Shown here: piece by piece, positions 1-8,216 of the stretch | Layout: each line of letters starts with the position of its first letter | Position numbering within the stretch: position 1 is the stretch's first letter | Origin: Archaeoglobus fulgidus DSM 4304 | Lineage (GTDB): Archaea > Halobacteriota > Archaeoglobi > Archaeoglobales > Archaeoglobaceae | Direction: 5' to 3' | DNA length: 32,000 bases | Assembly (NCBI RefSeq): GCF_000008665.1 | Contig: NC_000917.1 | Location: forward strand, 1,920,001 to 1,952,000 | Program-made: the position numbers and the translations under genes | The notes under the pieces: generated by a model | Told to the model about the DNA's origin: nothing | Database searches by the model: none | Seen by the model: the letters and a program-made list of their open reading frames with translations, nothing else

Positions 1-694
1 GCGGGATCGATAGGTGCAAGAGGATGGGGAACTTTTCACGCGCTACCATTCTTCCGGTTACGCCGAAAATGGCGTTCATGGTTGCAATAATTAACAGATT
101 GAAGACCCCATCGTTGAGAGCTTTAAAATAAGCTTTCTGGAACGGTAGCTCCGAGGGTTGCACTAACACTTTCGATATGATTATTAGCAAAATTACGAAC
201 AAGTGAATCCAGATCCAGAAATTGAAAAAGTTAGCTCGCAGTAAGCTCTTTTTCCTAACTCGCTCGTAAACTTGCAGCATGGCAACGAAAAAGGAGATTC
301 CGAGGAATAGGAGAGGAGAAAGGGCGAATATTAATGCGAAGAGAGATAAAAATTCTGCAATCGCTGGTGTAAACTCTCCGTAGTAGAAAATAAGAGCTCC
401 AAGAAAGGCGATGGGCATTAAGTGGATGAAGACAAGGCGCTGAAACTCGTAAATGAAGTCGGCAATATTTTGCTCCAATGCAACGTGAACTTGTCTCAGT
501 GAGTAGCCGTGCTGCTTGAGGAACCTTGAGAGGTTAAAGGCGAGTAAGATTGCAAAGATGGGCGATATGAGAAGAACCATAACAATTCTATCAGCGGTGA
601 AGTTTTCGGGCGGGACGGCGAGCAACCAGAAGAAAACAATGACTGCAAAGCACGCAGCAAATGTGAAGAGCAAAGCGAATTTTCCTTTGTTCAT
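1..694 (-). CDS. Multi-pass membrane protein; 3' end runs off the window start (absent from ORF track because no stop lies in the window)
   Basis: Hand translation from ATG at 694: MNKGKFALLFTFAACFAVIVFFWLLAV...RFLKQHGYSLRQV... The frame stays open to position 2. Several long hydrophobic segments. Shares an L-x-[KQ]-H-G-Y motif with the adjacent ORF 752..1612. Confidence 0.5.
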   Translation of the reverse strand, partial: MNKGKFALLFTFAACFAVIVFFWLLAVPPENFTADRIVMVLLISPIFAILLAFNLSRFLKQHGYSLRQVHVALEQNIADFIYEFQRLVFIHLMPIAFLGALIFYYGEFTPAIAEFLSLFALIFALSPLLFLGISFFVAMLQVYERVRKKSLLRANFFNFWIWIHLFVILLIIISKVLVQPSELPFQKAYFKALNDGVFNLLIIATMNAIFGVTGRMVAREKFPILLHLSIP

Positions 695-751
695 GGTGTC
701 ACCATAATCCGACAGAATAAAAATCTTGCAGGTGAGGAAGAGAAAATTGGT

Positions 752-1612
752 TTACAGCATGTTGGGGGAAATTTCACCACGCTCCATAAACGAAGCGATA
801 AGCAGTCCGAGTGAGGTTAGCATGATCCAGGCTATCCAGATGATTGGATCTCTGAGGGGATTGTATTTTCCCTGTTTTATGGCTGCTTTCCTTTTCTCAG
901 AAAGCTCCCTCAGCGATTTGTATCCGAAGACCTGCAGAACCAATGCAACTGCAGCTAAACTCGCAAAGATTAGAACTGCCAGTTTAACTAAAAAAGTCGC
1001 TTGGATTCTCAACGAGCATTCGGATTTCGCCAATAGAATCGGCAAAATCGCTCCCGGACATTTTACGGAGAGGAGGGCGAGAGGAGCTATTAGAAGCAGG
1101 AAAACCAGGACTTCAAATCTCCTATTCGTGAAGAAGCTAACGAAGCCCGCAGCGATCCAGAAAAAGCCCACAAGCAGGGGGTCCCACCAAAGTTGTTCGA
1201 GTTTCTCGTAAACTATTAGACTCGAAACAGTGCAGATAAGTCCGTGGGAAAGCAAGAACTGCGGATTGCTCGGAGGAAAATTCTTCTCGAATGCTCTTAC
1301 GACGGGGTACAGAAATAAGAAGGCGAGCGGCGCGTAAAGCATTACGCCACTCAACATCACCACGAAAATAGCAATCAAATCCAAGATCTTTAAACCGATT
1401 AGCACGTAATGCGCAGTAAAGAGAATTGCTCCGTTTGCAACAATTATTGTCCAAAGAATCTCGTCAACGATTCCCCATCTGAGTTTAGCGCTTAAATCCT
1501 TTTGCCTCCTTAGTTCTTCCCCTTCAAGGATTGTGTAAAGATTTTTTATATCTGCAGCCCTGTATCCGTGCTTGATGAGCTGGTAAGAGATAAGGAGCAA
1601 AGCAATGAGCAC
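752..1612 (-). CDS. Multi-pass membrane protein, unknown family (likely paralog of the ORF at 1..694)
   Basis: Track ORF of 286 aa with a GTG start and many hydrophobic helices. QLIKHGYRAADI resembles FLKQHGYSLRQV in the neighbour. Confidence 0.6.
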   Translation of the reverse strand: MLIALLLISYQLIKHGYRAADIKNLYTILEGEELRRQKDLSAKLRWGIVDEILWTIIVANGAILFTAHYVLIGLKILDLIAIFVVMLSGVMLYAPLAFLFLYPVVRAFEKNFPPSNPQFLLSHGLICTVSSLIVYEKLEQLWWDPLLVGFFWIAAGFVSFFTNRRFEVLVFLLLIAPLALLSVKCPGAILPILLAKSECSLRIQATFLVKLAVLIFASLAAVALVLQVFGYKSLRELSEKRKAAIKQGKYNPLRDPIIWIAWIMLTSLGLLIASFMERGEISPNML

Positions 1613-1686
1613 GAAAAGAGCTGAAATTACAATTATCGTTAGTAGTTTTTCCGAGTTTAGCTCTAAATGTCTATATACTTAGATTC

Positions 1687-1977
1687 GTGCTGGCAAGCGT
1701 TCTCATACTGGGGGCCATTGCAGTGGGCAGTGCGATACCGACGATTGCCGAGCTGAAGGTGGACAGGTCGCTCTGCAGAAAAAGTCCGATGGAGGAGTTT
1801 TACGTTTTCGAGAACGGAGAGTGGGTGAAGAAAGAGGAGCTTGCAGACTGGTGGCTCTGCATCGATGTTGACAGCATAGAGCGTTCGGACTACTACTCCG
1901 CAGCGAAGAAGGCGATTGAGCTGCAGAAGTTGGGAAGAGACTCGCCGTACTACGGTGGAGAGTGGATAGGTTGTTAA
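1687..1977 (+). CDS. Small hypothetical protein with N-terminal hydrophobic anchor or signal
   Basis: Track ORF of 96 aa with a GTG start. N-terminus LASVLILGAIAVGSAIPTIA. No family recognised. Confidence 0.4.
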   Translation: MLASVLILGAIAVGSAIPTIAELKVDRSLCRKSPMEEFYVFENGEWVKKEELADWWLCIDVDSIERSDYYSAAKKAIELQKLGRDSPYYGGEWIGC

Positions 1978-2032
1978 GGGAAAGTACAGCTACAGCCAGC
2001 TTTACAGGTGGAAGGATGCGATCTTTGACGAA

Positions 2033-2416
2033 ATGAGCAGGGATGCCTTTCTTGGTAAGTATTTATCCATGGCAGGACCTGATGAAGCTAGGAACAAAGT
2101 GTTTATTGGTGTGACGAAGATAAACGGTACGATCTTGGAGAGAATCAAAGCGCTCGCCGAAAGGTTGGGAATTCCTGCCGATGCGATAATGGTCGAAAAG
2201 GCAGGAATTCTTGTCCCCGACGTTCCAGAGGGCAAGTTAAATGCGACAATCAAATTATCCAAGGTCGAGATTTCACTGCCTGAGCGTTCCAGCATTCAGC
2301 CACCTGAGAACTACACAGTCAATTCAGACCGCTGGAACAATCAAGAAACATTACTCCGACCGCTTTTCGGCGTTTTCGAGACACTTGCACGACTGATAGA
2401 CTGGCTGATAAGCTGA
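2033..2416 (+). CDS. Hypothetical protein
   Basis: Track ORF of 127 aa, co-directional with flanking plus-strand ORFs. No motif recognised. Confidence 0.4.
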   Translation: MSRDAFLGKYLSMAGPDEARNKVFIGVTKINGTILERIKALAERLGIPADAIMVEKAGILVPDVPEGKLNATIKLSKVEISLPERSSIQPPENYTVNSDRWNNQETLLRPLFGVFETLARLIDWLIS

Positions 2417-2438
2417 TGAGCCAGCATGAAACTTTATT

Positions 2439-2978
2439 ATGCTCCGAACTAACAAGAGTTCAATGGTATGGGTGTTAAAGCCAGAAACCTTAGAGGCTTT
2501 ACTGTCTCCAACAAGAGTTCGAATTCTCAAACTCCTTAGAGATAGGAACATGACCCTCAGCGAAATTTCACGAAGCCTCGACATGTCAAAATCCACCGTC
2601 AGCGAGCACATTGAGAAGCTGCTCAACGCCGGGCTTGTAGCCAAAAACAGAAGGAGCAAGTGGGTTTACGTCAGCCTCACAGAATTTGGCAGGAAAGTCG
2701 TTGACGGCGACGAGCTTTTCGTGAAAATTATCCTTTCTATCGGCGTGGCTCTTTTTGTGGGCGGAATATGCGAAATCTACCGATACCTCACCCGTCCAAA
2801 GATTACCGTAATTTTAGATAGCACCACACCACCTCAACAAACAATGGAAGAAACCACCTACTTCACCATAATCAACAACCTCTTCGGCCCTGGTCATGAT
2901 ATTTGTGGTGCATTGCTGACGTTCATCGCACTCAAAAAACACGAGCAAACCAAACTCAGCAGAAAGAGTAGCTTTTAG
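2439..2978 (+). CDS. ArsR-type winged-helix transcriptional regulator with a C-terminal membrane segment
   Basis: LEALLSPTRVRILKLLRDRNMTLSEISRSLDMSKSTVSEHIEKLLNAGLV is a typical ArsR/SmtB HTH. It is followed by the hydrophobic stretch ILSIGVALFVGGICEIY. An alternative start lies at Met9 (2463). Confidence 0.7.
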   Translation: MLRTNKSSMVWVLKPETLEALLSPTRVRILKLLRDRNMTLSEISRSLDMSKSTVSEHIEKLLNAGLVAKNRRSKWVYVSLTEFGRKVVDGDELFVKIILSIGVALFVGGICEIYRYLTRPKITVILDSTTPPQQTMEETTYFTIINNLFGPGHDICGALLTFIALKKHEQTKLSRKSSF

Positions 2979-3162
2979 CATGCACGGATGCGAGTTGCTT
3001 CCTGGCACTGCAAACACCTGCGGGATTTGCTGCAGCGCTTAAAGAAAGGAGTGTTTGCATTGTATTGGCGGGAGACGAATCGTACAACATAAGTAAAAAC
3101 GCCAAACCAATTTCACAATCTTTACTGAAGTGGATTCCAACCACTGCAATCTAATCGACCTC

Positions 3163-4014
3163 TCAGTATAACTTCCTCCTACGCCCATCGTGGGGGCAGA
3201 AGTGGACGGATATGTGCTTCACCTCAGGATGCTTTGCCATTATCGCCTCGGCTATCTCCACCGAGAGCTTGTCGGCCTCCTCTATCGTCATCGCCCCATC
3301 AACAGTCACGTGCAAATCGAGGTGGACGGAGTTCTCCCCAGTGTAAACGCCCACCATGTCGTGAACGCCCTTAACCCTCTCAATTTCGAGACAGGCGTCC
3401 TCAACGCTGCGATAAAAATCCTCTGAAGGGGACATTCCGATTAAAAGTCTTGCATTGTCCCTTACCAGCCTGAAGGAGTTGTAAAAGATTATAAAGGCAA
3501 TAGCAATGGTGGCGATGCCGTCAAATATCGGGTAGCCTGCCCAAACAAGTCCAACACCGACAATAGCGGCCAAAGTGGAAAGGGAGTCGTTTAGGCTCTC
3601 AACGAGAAGTGTTCTGTTAAGAATTCCTGACCTTCTGGCAGATATCAGCGCAGCAATTACGAGCAGGGCAAGAACTGCAACCTCCGCACCCAGGGCGACT
3701 TCCACATTGCTGTATCCCGAAGCCGGGTGAAGGACCTTAAGAAGACCCTCCTTCATGAGCTCGAAGAACATGAAGGTTATGAAGCCCACACCTACGGCAA
3801 GTGACGCAACATTTCTCGCCATCTCGTGGCCGAAGGGGTGCTGGTAATCCGCTTCCTTCTCAGCATACCTTTCAGAGAGAAGCAGAATTAGTATCATGGT
3901 TATATCGATTACGGAATGAAAAGCATCAGCCAGAATCGCCGTAAATCCCGACAGGAAGTAGGCGTAGAGCTTAATTCCGAGAGTCAGCAGGTAGATGAAA
4001 AGGATATCTCTCAT
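3163..4014 (-). CDS. Cation diffusion facilitator (CDF) family metal efflux transporter
   Basis: CDF signatures AILADAFHSVID, HPFGHEMARNV and ESLNDSLST, plus a C-terminal cytoplasmic domain. The start overlaps the serB stop as ATGA. Confidence 0.85.
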   Translation of the reverse strand: MRDILFIYLLTLGIKLYAYFLSGFTAILADAFHSVIDITMILILLLSERYAEKEADYQHPFGHEMARNVASLAVGVGFITFMFFELMKEGLLKVLHPASGYSNVEVALGAEVAVLALLVIAALISARRSGILNRTLLVESLNDSLSTLAAIVGVGLVWAGYPIFDGIATIAIAFIIFYNSFRLVRDNARLLIGMSPSEDFYRSVEDACLEIERVKGVHDMVGVYTGENSVHLDLHVTVDGAMTIEEADKLSVEIAEAIMAKHPEVKHISVHFCPHDGRRRKLY

Positions 4015-5168
4015 ACCTTTTTTCTGAACTCTGCTGGCAGCTTAAGGACGCTTGCCAGTCCAACAAGGTTCTCTTTGGAAATGCTGCCGTCTGCAACATC
4101 CTTCAGAACCTCCTTCGCGTTGAAGGCTATCCCCAGTCCGGCCCTCTCAATCATAAGCCTGTCGTTCGCGCCATCTCCCACCGCAACCACATTTTCAGGA
4201 CTTATCCCCTCCTTCCTCGCAATCTCCTCTACAATCCTGGCCTTCTCACTAGCATCGATTATCCTGCCCTTAATCCTGCCCGTAAGCCTGCCGTTCTCAA
4301 TTTCAAGCTCGTTGCCGAAGGCGTAATCCAAACCAAGCTCCTCCTTAAGCCTGTCGGTGAAGTAGCTGAAGCCCCCGCTGACGACTGCGACCTTGTAGCC
4401 GGCCTCCTTCAGGCTCCTGACAAGCTCCTTTGCCCCCTCCGTTAGCTTTATTCTTGAGTAAATCCTCTCGAGCACCTCTACTGGCAGCCCTTTCAGCAGC
4501 CTCACCCTCTCCTCGAGGGCCTCTTTAAAGCCTATCTCTCCCCTCATTGCCCTCTCGGTCAGCTTCGACACCTCATCCCCAACTCCAGCCTCCTTGGCAA
4601 GCTCGTCTATGATTTCAGCCTCCACGAGCGTGGAGTCCATGTCAAAAACGATCAGCCTCTTCTCTCTGTTGAAGGTGGAGTAGGGCTGCATTACTATGTC
4701 CAGCCCAAGCCTCTCAGCCTCTCTCCTCAGCCTTTTCCTGACTTCAGCCGCATCCCTCTGCCCGAGGTCAACGAGGAACTCTATGGAGATTAGCTCCTCC
4801 CTCGCCGTCAAGCTCGTTCTCTCGATGTTGATGCCGAAATCGAGGAAAGCTCTCGTAATGTCCCTCACTATCCCAACCCTGTCCTTGCCCAGAATCGTCA
4901 CGACGTAGAGGTTTTTCTCGGCCTTCTCCCTTCTCTGGAAGGGAGTCAGGCTGACGTGAACTCCAACCTCACCCGCTGCCCTCTCCACCTCTCTTTTAAC
5001 ACATACCTCATCATCAACCTCTGCAACGATGAACATGACGAACATGCCCTGCAGGACGGTCTGCTCAATATCAACTATGTTCGCTCCGCAGTCAGCGAGT
5101 GCTTTCGAAATCGCGTGGATGATTCCCGGTTTGTCCTCTCCGTACACTGAGATGGCAACGAGCTTCAC
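4011..5168 (-). CDS. serB: Phosphoserine phosphatase with two N-terminal ACT domains
   Basis: HAD motif I FDMDSTL, later motifs VSGG and GDGANDRLMIERAGLGIAF. The N-terminal ~160 aa form two ACT-like repeats (ISVYGEDKPGIIH..., VTILGKDRVGIVR...). Confidence 0.9.
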   Translation of the reverse strand: MKLVAISVYGEDKPGIIHAISKALADCGANIVDIEQTVLQGMFVMFIVAEVDDEVCVKREVERAAGEVGVHVSLTPFQRREKAEKNLYVVTILGKDRVGIVRDITRAFLDFGINIERTSLTAREELISIEFLVDLGQRDAAEVRKRLRREAERLGLDIVMQPYSTFNREKRLIVFDMDSTLVEAEIIDELAKEAGVGDEVSKLTERAMRGEIGFKEALEERVRLLKGLPVEVLERIYSRIKLTEGAKELVRSLKEAGYKVAVVSGGFSYFTDRLKEELGLDYAFGNELEIENGRLTGRIKGRIIDASEKARIVEEIARKEGISPENVVAVGDGANDRLMIERAGLGIAFNAKEVLKDVADGSISKENLVGLASVLKLPAEFRKKV

Positions 5169-5240
5169 AATCCATCTTTAACTCACCAAATTTAAAGGTG
5201 TCGTGGAGAAGGTGTTAAATATTTTCAGACTAAGTTATGG

Positions 5241-5789
5241 TTAAGTGCATAACATCTTAAACTTATCCCCCAAGAACTTCTCAATCCAGCCCTTCGCAAA
5301 TGATATCGACCCTGTTAACTTTTTGAAGGCCTTAGCAATCGTTTCTTTAAGTTCATCTACATTCAGAGGAGATGTTTCTGAAACTGCTCTTTTAACACTC
5401 TTCCAGACGTTTTCAATCGGATTCAAATCGGGAGAGTAAGGAGGAAGATAAACCAGCGAAATGCTAAGCTTCTCAGCTTCCTCTTTCACCTTTTTAGCAT
5501 GATGCGTTTTGAAATTGTCGAGAACGATTACAATCCTTTTCTTGGGATTTTCCTCTCTGATTTTCCTGAGAAAAGATATGAAGTCTTCTGACCTGTTACT
5601 CTTAAGAAACTCTATTACGCTTTTCCCGTTCAAGCTATAGAATCCTGAAACCTTAGCTTTGACGTAAGTAGCGACTCTTTTAACAGGCCTTCCAAAACTC
5701 CACAGCTTTGCTGTATTTGCATTCGCTTCGACTGCCATCTCATCGATGAATCCTATTACGTCTGATTGGCGAATTTCGGCTTCATCCAT
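5241..5789 (-). CDS. IS630-family transposase, DDE catalytic part (orfB)
   Basis: GFIDEMAV (D), IVIVLDNFKTHH (D) and PYSPDLNPIENVW (E). The second D lies 35 residues before the E, the Tc1/IS630 DDE-type spacing. Confidence 0.8.
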   Translation of the reverse strand: MDEAEIRQSDVIGFIDEMAVEANANTAKLWSFGRPVKRVATYVKAKVSGFYSLNGKSVIEFLKSNRSEDFISFLRKIREENPKKRIVIVLDNFKTHHAKKVKEEAEKLSISLVYLPPYSPDLNPIENVWKSVKRAVSETSPLNVDELKETIAKAFKKLTGSISFAKGWIEKFLGDKFKMLCT

Positions 5790-6267
5790 GTTTTTTTAAA
5801 GAATCTTCAGCATTTTCAGGCTTTCTGTAATCCTTTTGATAGGGCTTGGCGTATTTCATGCCGAATGATTTCAGAATTCTCCTGACCTGCCACGAAGAGT
5901 AAGAAACTCCAAATTTCGCTTCAATTAGCTCCTGAACTTCTTTCGTTGTCCACGAGTCTCTTTCCTTGAGCATTTCTTTGAGTTCTTCCTTCTGATCTTT
6001 TGTAAGTTTTGAAGGTCTACCACCTCCAAATTCGGGAATTAAGCCTTCATAACCTCTGGTATTCCATCTCTTGAGCCATGTGTAGCCAGTAGCCTTTGTA
6101 ATTCCTACCAGTTCGGCAGCTTCCTCAACGCTCATTCCTCTGTAAAGGTATCTTATGAAGTAGAGTCTTTGAAGGACTCTTGTATCTTTTTCGAGCTTTT
6201 TGATCCTTTTATCGAGTTCTTCTGCTGGTAGGTGCTTTACAACTTCGTAAACTCGCTTTCTGCCCAT
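5782..6267 (-). CDS. IS630-family transposase, N-terminal HTH part (orfA)
   Basis: 161 aa with HTH-like MSVEEAAELVGITKATGYTWLKRW and a second wHTH WTTKEVQELIEAKFGVSYSSWQVRRILK. It ends just after an A7 run. Confidence 0.8.
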   Translation of the reverse strand: MGRKRVYEVVKHLPAEELDKRIKKLEKDTRVLQRLYFIRYLYRGMSVEEAAELVGITKATGYTWLKRWNTRGYEGLIPEFGGGRPSKLTKDQKEELKEMLKERDSWTTKEVQELIEAKFGVSYSSWQVRRILKSFGMKYAKPYQKDYRKPENAEDSLKKHG

Positions 6268-6475
6268 GCAACTGGTCTATTATCTATAGTATAAATAGTT
6301 TTGCTCAGGACAATAAACTGTGCGCAGAGAGGTGACGCTGCGGCTTAAAAGCGCTGAGGACGACATTTTCGTTGCAAAGTACTGATGGGAAACTTGGAGG
6401 TGCTTCCCTACACACCAGATGAGATTGTGGAAAGTGTTTTTGGGCTGACGCGAAGAAGTACTGGAAAAGGTTGCT

Positions 6476-7162
6476 TTAACCTTGCTTCTCTAAAAGCATT
6501 GCAAAAAACCTGTTTATCTCGTAAAGCGGGGCCTTCGCCCTTCCAAAAGCTCCACATCCCACAGTAGGGCTTATCAGCCCAGCACCCTTCATCTCCGCAA
6601 TCACAACTCCTCCGTCTCTTCCGTACTTCATCGAGATGTCAACTATATCCTCACCGCAGATAATGAGGTTCTTGCTTCTCTCGACCATTTCCTCAAAAAT
6701 TTTCACGAAGTCTTCCGCTCTTTCCTCGCCAATCGCCCTGAAGTACCTTTCCACGGTTGCCTTCCAGTCCCCAATTCCCCTTTCCACGTCCTCTATGAAA
6801 AACCTCACTATGTAGGGAACTTCCATGTCCTCTATTGCAAAAAACCTCATTTTCCACGATAGGGAATCGTGGAAGGAGCTTACGGGTAGTGCAAGTCTGA
6901 AATAATCGAGAGTCAAGGCCGTTTCAACGTCAAGCTCGTCTTTCGGAATTTTTCCCCTTCTAAAGTGCTTCCTCAGCAACGCTACCGCTTTTCTCGCCTC
7001 ATCATCTCCTCCGAGAAGCTGAATAATTCCTTCAAAGCTCAGTCCATAACGATTAGCGCCCCGTACGGACATGCCTTCACGCACTCGTAGCACTCCTTGC
7101 ATTTGCTTTGGTCTATTCTCACAACCTTCCCGCCCTCTCTGATTATCGCATCCGTCGGGCAT
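6476..7162 (-). CDS. Hypothetical protein, last gene of the redox operon; 5' end uncertain
   Basis: Track ORF of 228 aa. The first ~40 codons overlap the ferredoxin gene in another frame and look non-native (R/G/C-rich). The real start is probably internal, for example Met31 at 7072. The remainder is a well-formed soluble protein with no family recognised. Confidence 0.55.
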
Positions 7163-7209
7163 ACCCTACTGCAGGTTCCACACCCCTGACATCCGAGTAC
7201 CGCTATCAT
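7039..7209 (-). CDS. fdx: Small 2x[4Fe-4S] ferredoxin (56 aa; below the ORF-track length cutoff)
   Basis: Hand translation: [56 protein letters not shown]. It has two canonical CxxCxxCxxxCP cluster motifs. Confidence 0.7.
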
Positions 7210-7573
7210 CCGTAAACTCCTCCAGAGCTTTTCTAACTCTCTCCACCAAGGCCGTTAAAACTTTCTCGACCTCCTCCACAACCTTCTCCCTCGGCGCGGG
7301 TTTATAAATAAAGTAGTAACCGCCGCCATCCAGCGGCATCTTAACTCTGTAGGCCATTCCGGCAAGGAGGAGTCTCTGAAGGGATTTGTAAACCGCACTC
7401 TCTCCCCTTCCGACGCACTCGCTTATCTCGTCAACTCTCTCCTTGCCTCGCAGCAAGGCCTCGTAAACCATCACGTCCGCGGGAGTCAGGCCGAGAACGC
7501 ACTCAAGCAGGTTTCCGCAGTTGAGGGTTGAAACCATCTCTTTGAGGGACCTCATGGGGACTTCAGGCTCCAA
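7166..7573 (-). CDS. TrmB-like winged-helix transcriptional regulator
   Basis: LLECVLGLTPADVMVYEALLRGKERVDEISECVGRGESAVYKSLQRLLLAGMAYR matches the TrmB-type N-terminal HTH pattern (GLT..e..vY..Ll ... vY..L..L). Confidence 0.65.
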   Translation of the reverse strand: MEPEVPMRSLKEMVSTLNCGNLLECVLGLTPADVMVYEALLRGKERVDEISECVGRGESAVYKSLQRLLLAGMAYRVKMPLDGGGYYFIYKPAPREKVVEEVEKVLTALVERVRKALEEFTDDSGTRMSGVWNLQ

Positions 7574-7889
7574 GTGCTTTCTCTATTTCCGCCCTCACCG
7601 CACTTTCAGGCATCGCTCCAATGAATCCACCAACAACCTTGCCGTTCCTGAAGAACAGCACTGTTGGGATGCTCGCAATGCCGTATTCAAAGGCCACATC
7701 CTGGTTTTCATCGACGTTGAGCTTGTAGAACTCCACTTCGCCGTTGTACTCCTTCGAGAGCTTCTCAAGTATCGGCGAGATGTACCTGCAGGGCATGCAC
7801 CAGTCGGCGTAGAAGTCCACCACCACCAGCTTGTCGCTCTGGATTACCTCCCTAAACCTCTCACTGTTAAGACGCTCCATACTCCTCAC
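7563..7889 (-). CDS. trxA: Thioredoxin
   Basis: VVDFYADWCMPCRYISP has a CxxC active site (CMPC) in a thioredoxin-fold context. IASIPTVLFFRNGK carries the cis-Pro loop. Confidence 0.9.
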   Translation of the reverse strand: MRSMERLNSERFREVIQSDKLVVVDFYADWCMPCRYISPILEKLSKEYNGEVEFYKLNVDENQDVAFEYGIASIPTVLFFRNGKVVGGFIGAMPESAVRAEIEKALGA

Positions 7890-8142
7890 CTCCTTTAAGC
7901 TTTCTTATCAACTGCCTAAGCTCACCCTCATCCGGAACACCGAGGATGAGGTACTTATCGTTAATTACCAACGCCGGAACTCCCCTTATTCCGAACTTGA
8001 GAGCTTCCTTCAACCCCTCATCCGTATTAACGGGAAGGTTAATGGCCAGCACACCCTCTTCCTTAGCCACCTTGCTAACCACCTTCTCCGCCTTGGGGCA
8101 GTACGGGCATGTGGGGGACGTGAACAACTTCATCATCACCAT
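7867..8142 (-). CDS. Glutaredoxin-like small thioredoxin-fold protein
   Basis: KLFTSPTCPYCPKAEKVV has a CPYC active site. 91 aa. GVPALVIN is typical of small archaeal glutaredoxin-like proteins. Confidence 0.8.
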   Translation of the reverse strand: MVMMKLFTSPTCPYCPKAEKVVSKVAKEEGVLAINLPVNTDEGLKEALKFGIRGVPALVINDKYLILGVPDEGELRQLIRKLKGGEEYGAS

Positions 8143-8175
8143 CTTACATCACCTCAGCATTAACTGAGACGTCCA

Positions 8176-8215
8176 TATATAAATGCTTTTACCGGTTTTG
8201 ACAAAATCGGTAAAA
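8176..8215 (-). promoter_or_regulatory. Promoter of the grx-trx operon: TATA box plus adjacent 29-bp near-perfect palindrome
   Basis: On the minus strand TTTATATA lies at 8183..8176. GAGGTG at 8155..8150 is a Shine-Dalgarno-like element 7 nt before the ATG at 8142. The palindrome TTTTACCGGTTTTG-a-CAAAATCGGTAAAA spans 8187..8215 with 13 of 14 arm positions complementary. Confidence 0.5.
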
Positions 8216-8216
8216 A

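Larger units (their letters stand above)
5215..6305 (-). mobile_element. IS630/Tc1-family insertion sequence (~1.08 kb, ISA1083-like from memory); ends approximate
   Basis: Two overlapping ORFs encode an HTH half and a DDE half of an IS630-type transposase. They sit between serB and the redox operon. Terminal inverted repeats could not be resolved by eye. Confidence 0.75.

Noticed and set aside
2411-2470. C-box-like GCTGATGA at 2413..2420, at the end of ORF 2033..2416.
   Set aside because: No D, D' or C' box (CTGA / TGATGA) lies within the next ~60 nt. It coincides with the stop codon region of a CDS.
2814-3162. Track ORFs 2814..3017(-) and 2956..3144(-), and an imperfect inverted repeat around 3005..3040 between the convergent ArsR-like and CDF genes.
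   Set aside because: The ORFs have no motifs and overlap the ArsR-like gene end. The inverted repeat is short and imperfect, consistent with an ordinary convergent-terminator region.
5180-6320. Attempted to define terminal inverted repeats and a TA target duplication for the IS element.
   Set aside because: Only a weak match was found: AAATATTT near 5218 against AAATAGTT near 6293 on the opposite strand. That pairing would give ~1.08 kb. I could not see a convincing IR pair or flanking TA duplication by eye, so the ends are reported as approximate.
6311-6567. Track ORF 6385..6567(+) and short frames to the right of the IS (VTLRLKSAEDDIFVAKY*, MGNLEVLPYTPDEIVESVFGLTRR...) as a possible gene disrupted by the IS insertion.
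   Set aside because: The fragments are short and sit in different frames. The track ORF runs into the convergent gene 6476..7162. The faint resemblance of ESVFGLTRR to a TrmB-type HTH start is not enough to call a gene or pseudogene.
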